Source: Acidimicrobiia bacterium
Lineage (GTDB): Bacteria > Actinomycetota > Acidimicrobiia > Spongiisociales > Spongiisociaceae
DNA: 64,000 bases
NCBI GenBank assembly: GCA_963663955.1
Contig: OY760694.1
Location: 1,158,327 to 1,222,326, forward strand
Direction of reading: 5' to 3'
The translations under genes and the position numbers were made by a program. Positions 1-9,151 of this stretch are shown here, in pieces (within the stretch, counting starts at the first letter, position 1; every line of letters starts with the position of its first letter). The notes beneath the pieces are model-generated. The model searched no databases. It was not told the origin of the DNA and saw nothing but the letters and a program-made list of their open reading frames with translations.

Positions 1-433
1 CCAGGATGATCGGCGCCGTGGCGTTGATGGTGAAGTTCACGGAGAGCTTGTCGAGTGGCAAGCTGTCGAACAGGTCCGCCATGTCGTCGGCGGTGTCCAC
101 GGCAACCCCCACGCGACCGACTTCGGCCTGGGCCATGGGATGCGACGAGTCGTAGCCGAGCTGGGTCGGCAGGTCGAAGGCCACCGAAAGCGCGGTCTGG
201 CCCTGTTCCAGCAGGAAGCGGAAGCGCTCGTTGGCGTCCTCCGCGCTCCCGTATCCGGCGAACTGGCGCATCGTCCACAACCGGCCGCGGTACATCGTCT
301 CGTAGGGTCCGCGGGTGAAAGGTGGATGGCCGGGGAGACCCAGATGATCGCCGGGTCGGAATCCATCGATGTCGTCCTGCGTGTAGAGGGGCGCGACCAG
401 GATGCCGGAGTCCGTGCGGCGATCGTCGATCAT
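1..433 (-). CDS. Methylmalonyl-CoA mutase family catalytic (large) subunit, N-terminal part; the gene runs off the window edge
   Basis: Minus-strand translation from the ATG at 433-431 reads MIDDRRTDSGILVAPLYTQDDIDGFRPGDHLGLPGHPPFTRGPYETMYRGRLWTMRQFAGYGSAEDANERFRFLLEQGQTALSVAFDLPTQ.... This is the conserved mutase N-terminal motif (FTRG..TMY..LWTMRQ.AG.G.AE..N.R...LL..GQT.LSVAFDLPT). The start overlaps the stop of the upstream gene (ATGA). Confidence 0.8.
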   Translation of the reverse strand, partial: MIDDRRTDSGILVAPLYTQDDIDGFRPGDHLGLPGHPPFTRGPYETMYRGRLWTMRQFAGYGSAEDANERFRFLLEQGQTALSVAFDLPTQLGYDSSHPMAQAEVGRVGVAVDTADDMADLFDSLPLDKLSVNFTINATAPIIL

Positions 434-834
434 CGGGCGACGCCGACGGACGCCACGCGCAACATTCCGCCTACAACCTGATCGAGCGGGGACCCGACCG
501 GGAACACTGCCGCGACGCCGATACCCCTCAGCGTTTCGATGTCCGCCTCGGGAATGGTCCCGCCGATGGCGATGGGAACCTCGGCGATGCCTGCCTTGCG
601 GCGTTCCTCCACCAACCGGAGGCTCAGCGCGAGGTGGGCTCCGGAGAGCACCGAGATACCGATCACGTCCACGCTCTCCTCGACGGCTGCGGCGATGATC
701 CGCTCCGGTGATTGCCGGAGGCCGAGAAAGATAACTTCGGCGCCTGCATCCCGGAGCGCCATGGCGATTACCTTCACGCCGCGGTCGTGGCCGTCTAGAC
801 CCGGTTTGGCCAGCAGGATCCGGGGCCTGTTCAT
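430..834 (-). CDS. B12-binding domain protein (small subunit of a split acyl-CoA mutase)
   Basis: 134 aa with the cobalamin-binding DxHxxG motif (LDGHDRG) and a Rossmann-like layout. It sits immediately upstream of the catalytic subunit with a 4-bp overlap. Confidence 0.85.
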   Translation of the reverse strand: MNRPRILLAKPGLDGHDRGVKVIAMALRDAGAEVIFLGLRQSPERIIAAAVEESVDVIGISVLSGAHLALSLRLVEERRKAGIAEVPIAIGGTIPEADIETLRGIGVAAVFPVGSPLDQVVGGMLRVASVGVAR

Positions 835-1793
835 TCCAGTAGTTCTCCGTCGCTAATCACTACCTCGCCGTCTATCTCGAGGGTGGCGGCTGCCATCACG
901 CAATCGAGATGAGCTGCCGCATTGACAATGCCCCCGTAGGCGATGGAGTTGCCTAGCGCTATGTGGGCCGTACCGAGTGCCGACTCGGTCTCCATCGGGA
1001 CGCCACAGATGTTTCCGAGCGGGTTGAGGCCCATGGATACCTCAGCCAGGTTGCTCATGCGATTGTCGTCGCAGCGCGCCATCATATCGAGAAGTCGATC
1101 CCGCTGGGTTCCTTCCACCCCTACCATCCGTCCATTCTCGAAGTGGATGACGACCGGCTCGGGTAGTGGCCCCTTACCCATGAACAACAGGTCGCCGTCG
1201 ATGACCGCCACCCCGTGCGTGGTCTCCTCGACCGGGGCGGTGCCGGCCTCGATGTCGGGCGGCGCCATGTACTGGCCGTCGGCTCTGGCGATACCGTCGA
1301 GTACCCGTCCGGGACGATTCTCGATCGAACCTCTGAGGTCGGTCCCGGCCGCGCTGGTGAGCCTGAACTGCGCGCCCCCGTCCCAAGCGCGTCCCACCTT
1401 TCTGGCTAGGGCGCGTTGGGAATCGAAATCGACGGTCAGGGGACCGGCGGCGCGGAACGTGTCCAACTCCACGCCCGGCATCGCAAGGTAACGAACTCCC
1501 ACTGCCGAGGCCCGACGGCGCGCCTTGCTCGAACCCACGAAGAGGCTTGTCAGCTCGATAGCGGCGCCGGCCGACAGTAGCGCCGCCGCTACCGCCCGCG
1601 GTGGCTCGGCGCCGGGAAGGGGAGGGGTCGGCATCCGGGCAACCAGCGGTACCGCCCCCCGCGACGATATCCCGTCGGACAAGCCCGCCACCACCTCGGG
1701 ATCGGTGCCCGCGTCGGTGAGGAGCAACACTTCCTCGTCGGGCCTGACTCCTAGGCACGAATCAAGGACGGTGTCGAAACCCGGGTAGCTCAC
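831..1793 (-). CDS. M29-family (aminopeptidase T/AmpS-like) metallohydrolase, paralog 1
   Basis: 320 aa. The C-terminal region (GTAHIALGNSIAYGG...AAHLDCV...EIDGEVV) matches the M29 signature pattern HIAFG...H.D.V...DGE.V. Confidence 0.6.
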   Translation of the reverse strand: MSYPGFDTVLDSCLGVRPDEEVLLLTDAGTDPEVVAGLSDGISSRGAVPLVARMPTPPLPGAEPPRAVAAALLSAGAAIELTSLFVGSSKARRRASAVGVRYLAMPGVELDTFRAAGPLTVDFDSQRALARKVGRAWDGGAQFRLTSAAGTDLRGSIENRPGRVLDGIARADGQYMAPPDIEAGTAPVEETTHGVAVIDGDLLFMGKGPLPEPVVIHFENGRMVGVEGTQRDRLLDMMARCDDNRMSNLAEVSMGLNPLGNICGVPMETESALGTAHIALGNSIAYGGIVNAAAHLDCVMAAATLEIDGEVVISDGELLE

Positions 1794-2980
1794 GTCGCCA
1801 GCGCCAGAGCCGCGAAGGCGGCGTACACCTTCGTGGCGTCTTGGATGTCCTCCACGGAGAGATTTTCGTCCGCCGAGTAGACCGGTTCACCGCCGGGGCC
1901 GAAGATCACCGTCTCGACCAGGGGTCCGAAGCTGGAGGTGTCGCCCAGCCAGCCCTCCACCCGTAGCGTGGGCTCGTGTCCCGGCCGGGCGGCCCGTACT
2001 GCGTCCTGCATCAGGCGCACCACCTCCGAGTCGGGATCCACGAGGTAGCCCGCCTTCTCGTCGGCCAGCGTCACCTCGGCGCGGAACCGGCTGTCTCTGG
2101 CGGCCGCGGCGGCCAAGGCCCGGTCGATATCCGCTCGGACCGTTGCCTTGCTTACCCCGGGCTGGGGGCGGCAGTCCACCCTGATAACGCATTCGTCCGG
2201 GATCATGGAAGGCCCACCGGGCGGCAGGCCCCCGTAAATCCGCCCGGGCGCCATGAAAGTCTCCCTGCCGAACAGATCCGCCACCCAGGGTTCCAGCTCG
2301 GGTTCCAGGCGGCATCTCTCCAGCTCGATGACCGCCAGCGCCGCCAGGTAGTTGGCGTTCACCGCGTCGTACTTATGGCAGGTGTGTGCGGAGCGGCCGT
2401 ACACATGTACATCGAAGTAGTAGCGACCCCGGTGGCCGAGGCAGATGGCGCTCTCGCTCAGTTCCCCGAGGACACACAGATCGGAAGGGTGGGCTTTGAA
2501 GTAAGCGATCGATCCCCGTTGCTCACCCATGTGGTCGGATACCGCGGCGAACGCCGCCGTCCCCGCCAGCGGCAGGCCCGCCTCGTTCAGGCCGGCCAAG
2601 GCCGCTATCTGGCAGGCCAGCGCCCCTTTCATATCCATGATGCCGTGGCCGTAGACCCGCCCGTCCACGAGATCTCCGGAGTACGGCTCGGCTACCGTCC
2701 ATCCGTGCGATACGGGTTTGGTATCCAGATGTCCGGTCAGGACCACCCGCCGACCGGGTCCGAAGGAAAGCTCCCCGATAGCGTTGGGTCGGTCGTGCAG
2801 GACCGGCTGGAGCTCCACCTTCTCGAACCCGAGATCCCCCAGCGTGGAGGCTACGAACTCCGCTAGTGGTCCTTCCTCCCCGAGAACGCTCGGAATGCGG
2901 GAGACCTGCCGGCACAGGTCGACGGCGAGGTCAAGGTCGGCCGCTTCGATCGCGGCCCTGGCCAGTCGGTCAGCGTCCAT
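1790..2980 (-). CDS. M20-family metallopeptidase/amidohydrolase (ArgE/DapE/CPG2-like)
   Basis: 396 aa with M20 zinc-site motifs (HLDTKP, HGIMDMKG) and a dimerisation-domain layout. Confidence 0.75.
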   Translation of the reverse strand: MDADRLARAAIEAADLDLAVDLCRQVSRIPSVLGEEGPLAEFVASTLGDLGFEKVELQPVLHDRPNAIGELSFGPGRRVVLTGHLDTKPVSHGWTVAEPYSGDLVDGRVYGHGIMDMKGALACQIAALAGLNEAGLPLAGTAAFAAVSDHMGEQRGSIAYFKAHPSDLCVLGELSESAICLGHRGRYYFDVHVYGRSAHTCHKYDAVNANYLAALAVIELERCRLEPELEPWVADLFGRETFMAPGRIYGGLPPGGPSMIPDECVIRVDCRPQPGVSKATVRADIDRALAAAAARDSRFRAEVTLADEKAGYLVDPDSEVVRLMQDAVRAARPGHEPTLRVEGWLGDTSSFGPLVETVIFGPGGEPVYSADENLSVEDIQDATKVYAAFAALALAT

Positions 2981-3011
2981 CCTTGTCTCCCCGGGTCAGG
3001 ACCGGGACAGG

Positions 3012-3872
3012 TCAGCCATCCGCCGGACTCTCGAGAGGAAGCGATGGGTCCCGAGTCCATTCACCCATCGAACCATCGTAGATCGAGACCCGTTCCGCGC
3101 CGAGCATGGACAGGGCGAAGGCGGTGCTCGCCGCGGAGATACCTCCGCCGCAGTAAGTGACGGTGCGGGCGCATCCGGTTTCCAGCGCGGGCGCCGCCCG
3201 CCTGCTCAACTCATCGGCATCCACGTAGGCATGGGTGCGGTGATCGACCAGTGAACCGGCCGGCACGTTCACGGCGGTCGGGATATGGCCGCGCCGGTTG
3301 TAGAACTGTATTTCACCTGCGAAGTGAGCGGCGGGAAGGGAATCGACGATAGCGGCGTTTTCGTCATCGATGGCGGCCAGCACCTCATCCTTTCCTACGA
3401 AGACACCCGGGCGGGGACGAACCGTCAGTGAGCCCCTCGGGTGGCTGGGCGCCGGATCGGTGGTGATCGGTCGGCCCTCCGTTTTCCAGCGTCTAAGTCC
3501 TCCATCAAGGAGACCGGCTTGGTCGAATCCTATGGAGTGGAGCATCCACCAGACTCGGGCCGCCCACATGTTCATGTCAAAGTCGTAGAGGGCGACTCTA
3601 TTCCGCTCGCCGACGCCTACGGATTCCATGACCGCTGCGAACTCTTCGGCTGGTGGCATCATGAACATCAGGTCAGCGGTCTGGTCAGCCAGTTCCGACG
3701 TGAGGTCTACATGGACACTTCCGGGTATGTGTTCCTTCATCCACCGTTGCCTTCCGCTCTCGATGTTCAGGACACCGCCCGGTCTCTCGAAAACCACCGA
3801 ACAGTCGAGGATACGTAGGTCGGGGGCGGCCAGGTTCTCTTCGAGCCAGCCTGGTTGTATAAGCTTATCCAC
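3012..3872 (-). CDS. Sulfurtransferase with two rhodanese domains (thiosulfate/3-mercaptopyruvate sulfurtransferase type)
   Basis: 286 aa with tandem rhodanese domains. The active-site cysteine loop is TYCGGGISAA. Confidence 0.8.
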   Translation of the reverse strand: MDKLIQPGWLEENLAAPDLRILDCSVVFERPGGVLNIESGRQRWMKEHIPGSVHVDLTSELADQTADLMFMMPPAEEFAAVMESVGVGERNRVALYDFDMNMWAARVWWMLHSIGFDQAGLLDGGLRRWKTEGRPITTDPAPSHPRGSLTVRPRPGVFVGKDEVLAAIDDENAAIVDSLPAAHFAGEIQFYNRRGHIPTAVNVPAGSLVDHRTHAYVDADELSRRAAPALETGCARTVTYCGGGISAASTAFALSMLGAERVSIYDGSMGEWTRDPSLPLESPADG

Positions 3873-3939
3873 CCCGGTTCTCCTTTCCGGTTACTTGCTC
3901 GGCAACGATAGATGATTACGACAGAGAGCCTGATCAGGT

Positions 3940-4974
3940 TCAGGCCAGAGTGAGAACTTGGCGGCCGAGCACCCGCCGCTGTCTGAGATTCTCAAGCGCT
4001 TCGGCCGCGTTGTCGAGCGGGTAGTCGGCGGCGATCGGTACCGAGATGTGCCCGTCCGAGGCAAGACGGATCGCATCGGACAGGTCAAGGACGGTGGCCG
4101 CCACGGTGGCGACCCACACGGTCTCGGGGAGGATGAACTCGATGGGATGAACTTCCAGCGAATCACCCGTATACCCGGTGGATACGAACCTCCCGTGCTT
4201 TGCTAGCGAGCGTAGACCCGCCAGCATGGTCCCGGTTGTACCGACCAGTTCGAAGAAAAGGTCGGCGCCTCTTCCCCCGGTGAGTTCTCTGATCCGGTCG
4301 GGGAGTTGGTCGTATCCTTCCGCATCAGGGACCACCAAGCCTCCTGCCGCACCGTATGATTCGGCGAGTTCCAGCTTCTCGTCGGTGTCGGCGACCGCGA
4401 GAACGCGGGCGCCTGCCAGCGCGGCAACCTGGAGGACCATCGACCCAACCCCGCCGATTCCGTTGACCACGGCTGTCTCACCGACGCTTATGTTGGAGAG
4501 CCGGGCCGCGTGGACCGCGGTCATTCCCGCGCAGGAGAGCACCGAGGCGGCCGCGAAATCCACATTATCGGGAAGGTGAACCAGATTCCGCGAGGGCGAT
4601 GTGATGTATTCGGCGTATACACCGTCGAGGTTGAAGCCGAATTGGCCGGGCTCGTTGTCGCAGATGTTCTGGCGACCCAGCAGACACTGTTCACAGGCGC
4701 CGCAGAAGATCTTGTTGTACACGGCTACTCGGTCACCCACGGCCGCGGTGGAGCCTTCCCCCGCCTCGATCACCACGCCTGCGCCTTCGTGCCCTACAGT
4801 CATCGGGTATTCATCGGGTCGGATCATCCCTTCGAGTACATGCAGATCGGTGGCGCATACTCCGGCCGAGTGCAGCCTTACCAGAGCTTCTCCCGGCCCG
4901 GGGGAGCGTCGTTGCACCTCATTTACGTTCAGGCTCAGGTCTTCGTGAACCTGTGCGGCCTTCATGGTGTCCAT
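3940..4974 (-). CDS. Zinc-dependent alcohol dehydrogenase (MDR family)
   Basis: 344 aa. It has the catalytic Zn motif GHEGAG, the structural Zn cysteines (CGACEQC) and the NAD-binding motif GIGGVG. Confidence 0.85.
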   Translation of the reverse strand: MDTMKAAQVHEDLSLNVNEVQRRSPGPGEALVRLHSAGVCATDLHVLEGMIRPDEYPMTVGHEGAGVVIEAGEGSTAAVGDRVAVYNKIFCGACEQCLLGRQNICDNEPGQFGFNLDGVYAEYITSPSRNLVHLPDNVDFAAASVLSCAGMTAVHAARLSNISVGETAVVNGIGGVGSMVLQVAALAGARVLAVADTDEKLELAESYGAAGGLVVPDAEGYDQLPDRIRELTGGRGADLFFELVGTTGTMLAGLRSLAKHGRFVSTGYTGDSLEVHPIEFILPETVWVATVAATVLDLSDAIRLASDGHISVPIAADYPLDNAAEALENLRQRRVLGRQVLTLA

Positions 4975-5207
4975 CTCTGCTGACCTCCATCGGTCCCGTC
5001 GGAAAGGCGTGCCCCTGGGAACGCAGGCTACCGGAGCGGCGTGCCCGGAGCGTTGCCAACCGCTCGGATCATTGAAGTCAACGCTGCTTCATAAGTTCTC
5101 CCCGCCTATATGCAGCTTGACGCTCGGGCCGCCGTACCCCGGCGCCGGGAGCGTCGCTTCCTGAGCCGCCCGATCGCATACGGCTACCATTACGGAACGG
5201 GAGGGGT

Positions 5208-6287
5208 GTGATGGAACCGAGATCGTACGCGGAGATGAACCCTCCCGGTCCCGGAGTGCTACCGCTGCTCATGCCGGGCGCTAAGAACCTGATGGACTAC
5301 GTCTCCCTGTCAGCCGGGGAGTATGTCCTGGTGCTGGCCGAACACGCCGTCCACCCGGAGGTGGTCGGGGCCGTCAGCGCGGCTGCCGCCTTCCGGGGCG
5401 GAGACGTCTCGATCCTCTATGTGGACGCCTGGAAGCCGGGTGGTATGGGAATGGCGGACCCGAGCCCGATCGTCGTGGCTGCGTGGAAGGCAGCCGACGT
5501 CGTCGTCTCCTGCGCGTGGTGGGCCGAGGTTCACACTGCGCCGCTCTTCTTCACCGAACTACGCGGATTGGGCGCGAGACTGGCGGCGTTGCACCAGACC
5601 GCCACATTCGGAGCGCTCACGACCGGCGCCCGCTTCCCACCCGACATCTTCTACGAGATCAAGAGCCGGGTACTGGATCGGGTCGTGGAATCTTCCGAGA
5701 TCCGGGTTAGCACCTCGCACGGCACCGATATCCGTTTCGCTCAGATGAGGTTCGACACCGACAACGGCCCCTTGGCAGAGCCCGGTGCATGGTCTCCCTT
5801 CCCCTACGGTGGAGTCAACTGGTACCCGGACGACACGTCCGGGCGCGCCGTCGTCGAAGAGTGCACGGTTACCGGAGTCCCGAGCGAGCCGCTCACGCTC
5901 CATTTCGAGAGCAACCGGGTGGTGGACATAGCCGGAGGGACCGAGGTGCGAGACCTCGAGTCGTTCTCGCCCGCGGGGTACTACATGCGGCATGCCTTCA
6001 TCGGTTTGAACCCCAAGGTCCGGGTGAAAGGGGCGCCCCAGTTCGAACGGGAGAAGCACGCCGGCGCCTTCTACTTGGGGATCGACTCGCAGGACGCGGC
6101 CGACCGGGTAGGTCCGGGCCGGGCCCACTGCGATTGCCAGTTCGACCGGCCCACCATCGCTGTGGACGGGGAACTCCTGGTCGACCGAGGTCGCCTTCTC
6201 ACGCTCGACCATCCATCGGTCAGGGCAGCCGCCTCCGAGCACGGGGATCCCGACATTCTCCTGTCCGACTCACCGGTGCTGTATTGA
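5208..6287 (+). CDS. M29-family-like metallohydrolase, paralog 2
   Basis: 359 aa. The C-terminal region HAFIGLNP...AHCDCQFDRPTIAVDGELLVDRG fits the M29 pattern. It is preceded by an RBS-like GGGAGGGG. Confidence 0.45.
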   Translation: MMEPRSYAEMNPPGPGVLPLLMPGAKNLMDYVSLSAGEYVLVLAEHAVHPEVVGAVSAAAAFRGGDVSILYVDAWKPGGMGMADPSPIVVAAWKAADVVVSCAWWAEVHTAPLFFTELRGLGARLAALHQTATFGALTTGARFPPDIFYEIKSRVLDRVVESSEIRVSTSHGTDIRFAQMRFDTDNGPLAEPGAWSPFPYGGVNWYPDDTSGRAVVEECTVTGVPSEPLTLHFESNRVVDIAGGTEVRDLESFSPAGYYMRHAFIGLNPKVRVKGAPQFEREKHAGAFYLGIDSQDAADRVGPGRAHCDCQFDRPTIAVDGELLVDRGRLLTLDHPSVRAAASEHGDPDILLSDSPVLY

Positions 6288-6300
6288 GCGGAGCGGGGGT

Positions 6301-7083
6301 TCAGTGGAAGATGCCGCCCCCGTCGACCAGGATCATCTGGCCGGTGACGAAATCGCCGGCCGGCGAAGCCAGGTAGATGAGCGTACCCACCAGGTCGCCG
6401 GGAACCCCGACCCGGTCAATGACCTGCGGCACCACCGGTTTGCGATAGTACTCGGGACCGCGGGCGGCCAGGGCCGTGTCGCTGGCGATCATACCGGGGC
6501 CGATCGAGTTGACCGTAATGCCGGTCCCCGCCACGGCCAGCGCAGTGGTTCGGGTCAGGTTGGTGACCGCTGCCTTGGTAGCCGAATAGTGGATAAGGCG
6601 GGGAGACCCCCGGATGGCCAGCCCGGAGGAAATATTGATGATCCGGCCCCATCCCCCGCGCTTCAGTAGAGGGAGGCATAGCTCCGTTACTGTGTATATC
6701 GACCGCACGTTGACCGCCAGGATCCGGTCCCACTCGTCGTCGGGAATCCCCCAGGCCGTTTGCCGGGCGGGAAGAGCCGAATACAGACCGGCGTTGTTCA
6801 CCAGGATGTCAAGTCCACCCCAACGCTGTTCGACATGCTGTACGGCCTGCGCGATAAGGCGCCGATCGGTCACGTCCAGGTAGGTCCCCATCACCTGCGA
6901 CGGATACGACTCCTCCATCCGGTCTACCGTATCCTCGATCGCGGCGCGGTCGATATCAGCGACAACCGCCCGCGCGCCCGCCTGCACAAGCGCCTCGACG
7001 TAGTGTCTGCCGATTCCCTTGCTCCCGCCCGTGATCATGGCCACCTTCGAATCGAGGCGGAACAGCTTCATAACGTTGTCCAT
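6301..7083 (-). CDS. SDR-family oxidoreductase
   Basis: The TGGSKGIG Rossmann motif and the catalytic Y-x3-K (YSATK) are present. The tool ORF (405 aa, to 7518) extends too far upstream; the likely start is MDNVMKLFRL. Confidence 0.8.
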   Translation of the reverse strand: MDNVMKLFRLDSKVAMITGGSKGIGRHYVEALVQAGARAVVADIDRAAIEDTVDRMEESYPSQVMGTYLDVTDRRLIAQAVQHVEQRWGGLDILVNNAGLYSALPARQTAWGIPDDEWDRILAVNVRSIYTVTELCLPLLKRGGWGRIINISSGLAIRGSPRLIHYSATKAAVTNLTRTTALAVAGTGITVNSIGPGMIASDTALAARGPEYYRKPVVPQVIDRVGVPGDLVGTLIYLASPAGDFVTGQMILVDGGGIFH

Positions 7084-7197
7084 GCCGACACTCTCCCGGT
7101 TCGTCCCGCCCTGCGGTAGACGGGTAGGCCCTAGGTAGACGTTTTGGAGGATGTATTCGGTTCCGGTTCCCAACTTGAGGAGGGTTGGGACTCGAAA

Positions 7198-8082
7198 ATG
7201 CTGATCGCACTGGTTAGCCTGCTCGGACCCTCCTACGAACCGATCACAGGCGACGGTCCGGACACTCAGCGGGTGCAACCCTCCTTCCTGCTCTCCGACT
7301 GGATCTTTGCTCTGGGTTCTCGACCTGACCGAAGTACTACGCGTGGACTGGACAGACTGCTCGAAGAGCCGCGCATGGCTAAATGGCGCAAGAGCCTTGA
7401 GCGGTCGCGAGACTTGCACAGGGTGGTCGTCGCCGATTCCGCTTACCTGCACCCCGATCCGGATCTGGTCCGACGAACCCTCAGCAACCTTCAACCTGCG
7501 AATGCCGCCGATCTCCATACCCTGCTCATTGACATATTCACAGACATTTCGGCACGCATCAGGGGTGACAGCGCGAATCTATGGAGAGGCTTCCATAACG
7601 AGGATCGCTACGGCCGACCGCAGAGCGCCAAGCCCGAGAACTCCTGTCGAGATATCCTGCTCCAGGAACTGAAGCATCGCCTTCCCCTCGGTGTCAATGC
7701 CTCAGCGGAGGGGCGATACGTATCCGATAAGCGAGCCGATATCCGCGTCTCCTATGGGGGTTTCAACATCCCGGTCGAGATCAAGAAAGACTCCAGTACT
7801 GACCTCTGGACCGGGTTGCCGAGCCAGCTGGTGGATCAGTACACCACCGACCCTGAAACCGGTGGATACGGCATCTATCTGGTGCTTCGGTTCGATGAGG
7901 GTGGTGATTCTCATCGACGCATCGAGAACCTCAAGGAGTCTGTGTCTATCGAACTCCGTCACAAGATCTCGGTGCTCGCTATCGACGTTACCAAACCCGA
8001 GCCCTCTCGGTCGGCTAGCCACCTCGGACGAGCCCTTACACGACCTACCTTGCCGATGGCTGCGGTCCGAGAACGTGCATAA
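7198..8082 (+). CDS. Hypothetical protein with a possible PD-(D/E)xK nuclease-like core
   Basis: The ORF could begin at 7144 or 7198. The C-terminal half has a helix carrying E (DILLQEL), a strand with D (KRADIRV) and an E-x-K (PVEIKK) at typical spacing. I recognise no other family. Confidence 0.4.
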   Translation: MLIALVSLLGPSYEPITGDGPDTQRVQPSFLLSDWIFALGSRPDRSTTRGLDRLLEEPRMAKWRKSLERSRDLHRVVVADSAYLHPDPDLVRRTLSNLQPANAADLHTLLIDIFTDISARIRGDSANLWRGFHNEDRYGRPQSAKPENSCRDILLQELKHRLPLGVNASAEGRYVSDKRADIRVSYGGFNIPVEIKKDSSTDLWTGLPSQLVDQYTTDPETGGYGIYLVLRFDEGGDSHRRIENLKESVSIELRHKISVLAIDVTKPEPSRSASHLGRALTRPTLPMAAVRERA

Positions 8083-8111
8083 TCGAGAAACGAGTTTTCT
8101 CTGTGGGTGGA

Positions 8112-9095
8112 TCAGTAGCCCGGTGCGCCAAGTGAGCGGGCCAGGCTCTGTAGTTCGACGTCGACGTATCGACCCTTGATCTTCACAGGTTCGTCGTCGA
8201 CATATACACTTGCTTCCAGGATCGTAAGGTCCGAGTGACAAGTGTAGGGCTGGGGTGGACCGAACCCCACACATAAACATCCGAAGACCCTTTCATCGCA
8301 CACGAGACGACCGGTGGGTATAGGCACGTTGGGGTGGTAGCCGTATGAGATATGATTGAGCCGGTAAATGCCCGGATCATCGTTCCATTCGCGCCAACCC
8401 GCCAGCACCTGAGCTTCCCGCCCGTCGTCGATTACGCGTGAAAGCCCGTCCGAGAACTCGATGCTTATCGTGCCCCTCAACACCGATAAAGACTCGGGCG
8501 GGAAGGCGGATCCGTCGAATACGAGGCGGCCCGCTACTGATTCCTCGATTGGAGAGATGTGAGTCTGTCCCAGAGGCATTGTGGTGGTGTCGGGGGTTGC
8601 CGCCCGACCTCTAATGCTCGCTCGGAACGAGGAACCGTTATCACAACTGATCCTCAGTTCCTCCTTTCCGGTGGTCATTTCTCCCAGGAGGGCTCCGAGT
8701 TCTGTTAGAGCCGCGCGGTCCACCGCCAACTCGAGCAGGACGAGGTCGGTTACCGTCATCCCGGATAGGCTGTAGAAGCGGCGAGTCCCAGCCTTCCGGG
8801 CCTCGTGATCCGCCGGAGTGCCGAGGATGTAGATCTCGTTGAGCTCAATCCAGATATCGGCGTTTCTCGCGGCCCGGGCGATCAGAGAGGGTATCGGGGC
8901 GCCGGGACGGGCCAACTTGGCCATGGAAACCTCGACAGGCGCTGCTCCCGCTTCCCATGCTGCGCTAGCGAGTAGCGAAGACAATTCAACCGTCTTGCGC
9001 GTGTCGTTAGTTATGAGGACGGTCTCGCCGTCTTGAATATCGAGGACTTCATTGATCACGACGCGCGCTGCGGCGATTGCCTCACGGTCCGTCAA
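8112..9095 (-). CDS. M29-family-like metallohydrolase, paralog 3
   Basis: 327 aa. The C-terminal pattern is FGCLCVGFG...HSDLTILEASVYVDDEPV. Confidence 0.5.
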   Translation of the reverse strand: MTDREAIAAARVVINEVLDIQDGETVLITNDTRKTVELSSLLASAAWEAGAAPVEVSMAKLARPGAPIPSLIARAARNADIWIELNEIYILGTPADHEARKAGTRRFYSLSGMTVTDLVLLELAVDRAALTELGALLGEMTTGKEELRISCDNGSSFRASIRGRAATPDTTTMPLGQTHISPIEESVAGRLVFDGSAFPPESLSVLRGTISIEFSDGLSRVIDDGREAQVLAGWREWNDDPGIYRLNHISYGYHPNVPIPTGRLVCDERVFGCLCVGFGPPQPYTCHSDLTILEASVYVDDEPVKIKGRYVDVELQSLARSLGAPGY

Positions 9096-9151
9096 GACTC
9101 CAACCTAACTTAGACCTGGTGTGGTGGGCGTCGGTGGAATCGGCCCATTGA

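Noticed and set aside
1174-2315. Long antisense ORFs (for example 1174-1758, 1887-2315, 16561-16941, 25252-25920) rich in Arg/Gly/Pro.
   Set aside because: They are the typical shadow ORFs of high-GC DNA, lying opposite well-supported genes with no domains. In the 25.5-26.2 kb intergenic case there is no coding periodicity.
6301-7518. 405-aa ORF suggesting a long N-terminal extension on the SDR.
   Set aside because: The upstream 140 codons are low-complexity translation of GC-rich DNA with no domain. The SDR Rossmann motif begins right after the internal MDNVMKLF start, so the gene was shortened to 6301-7083.
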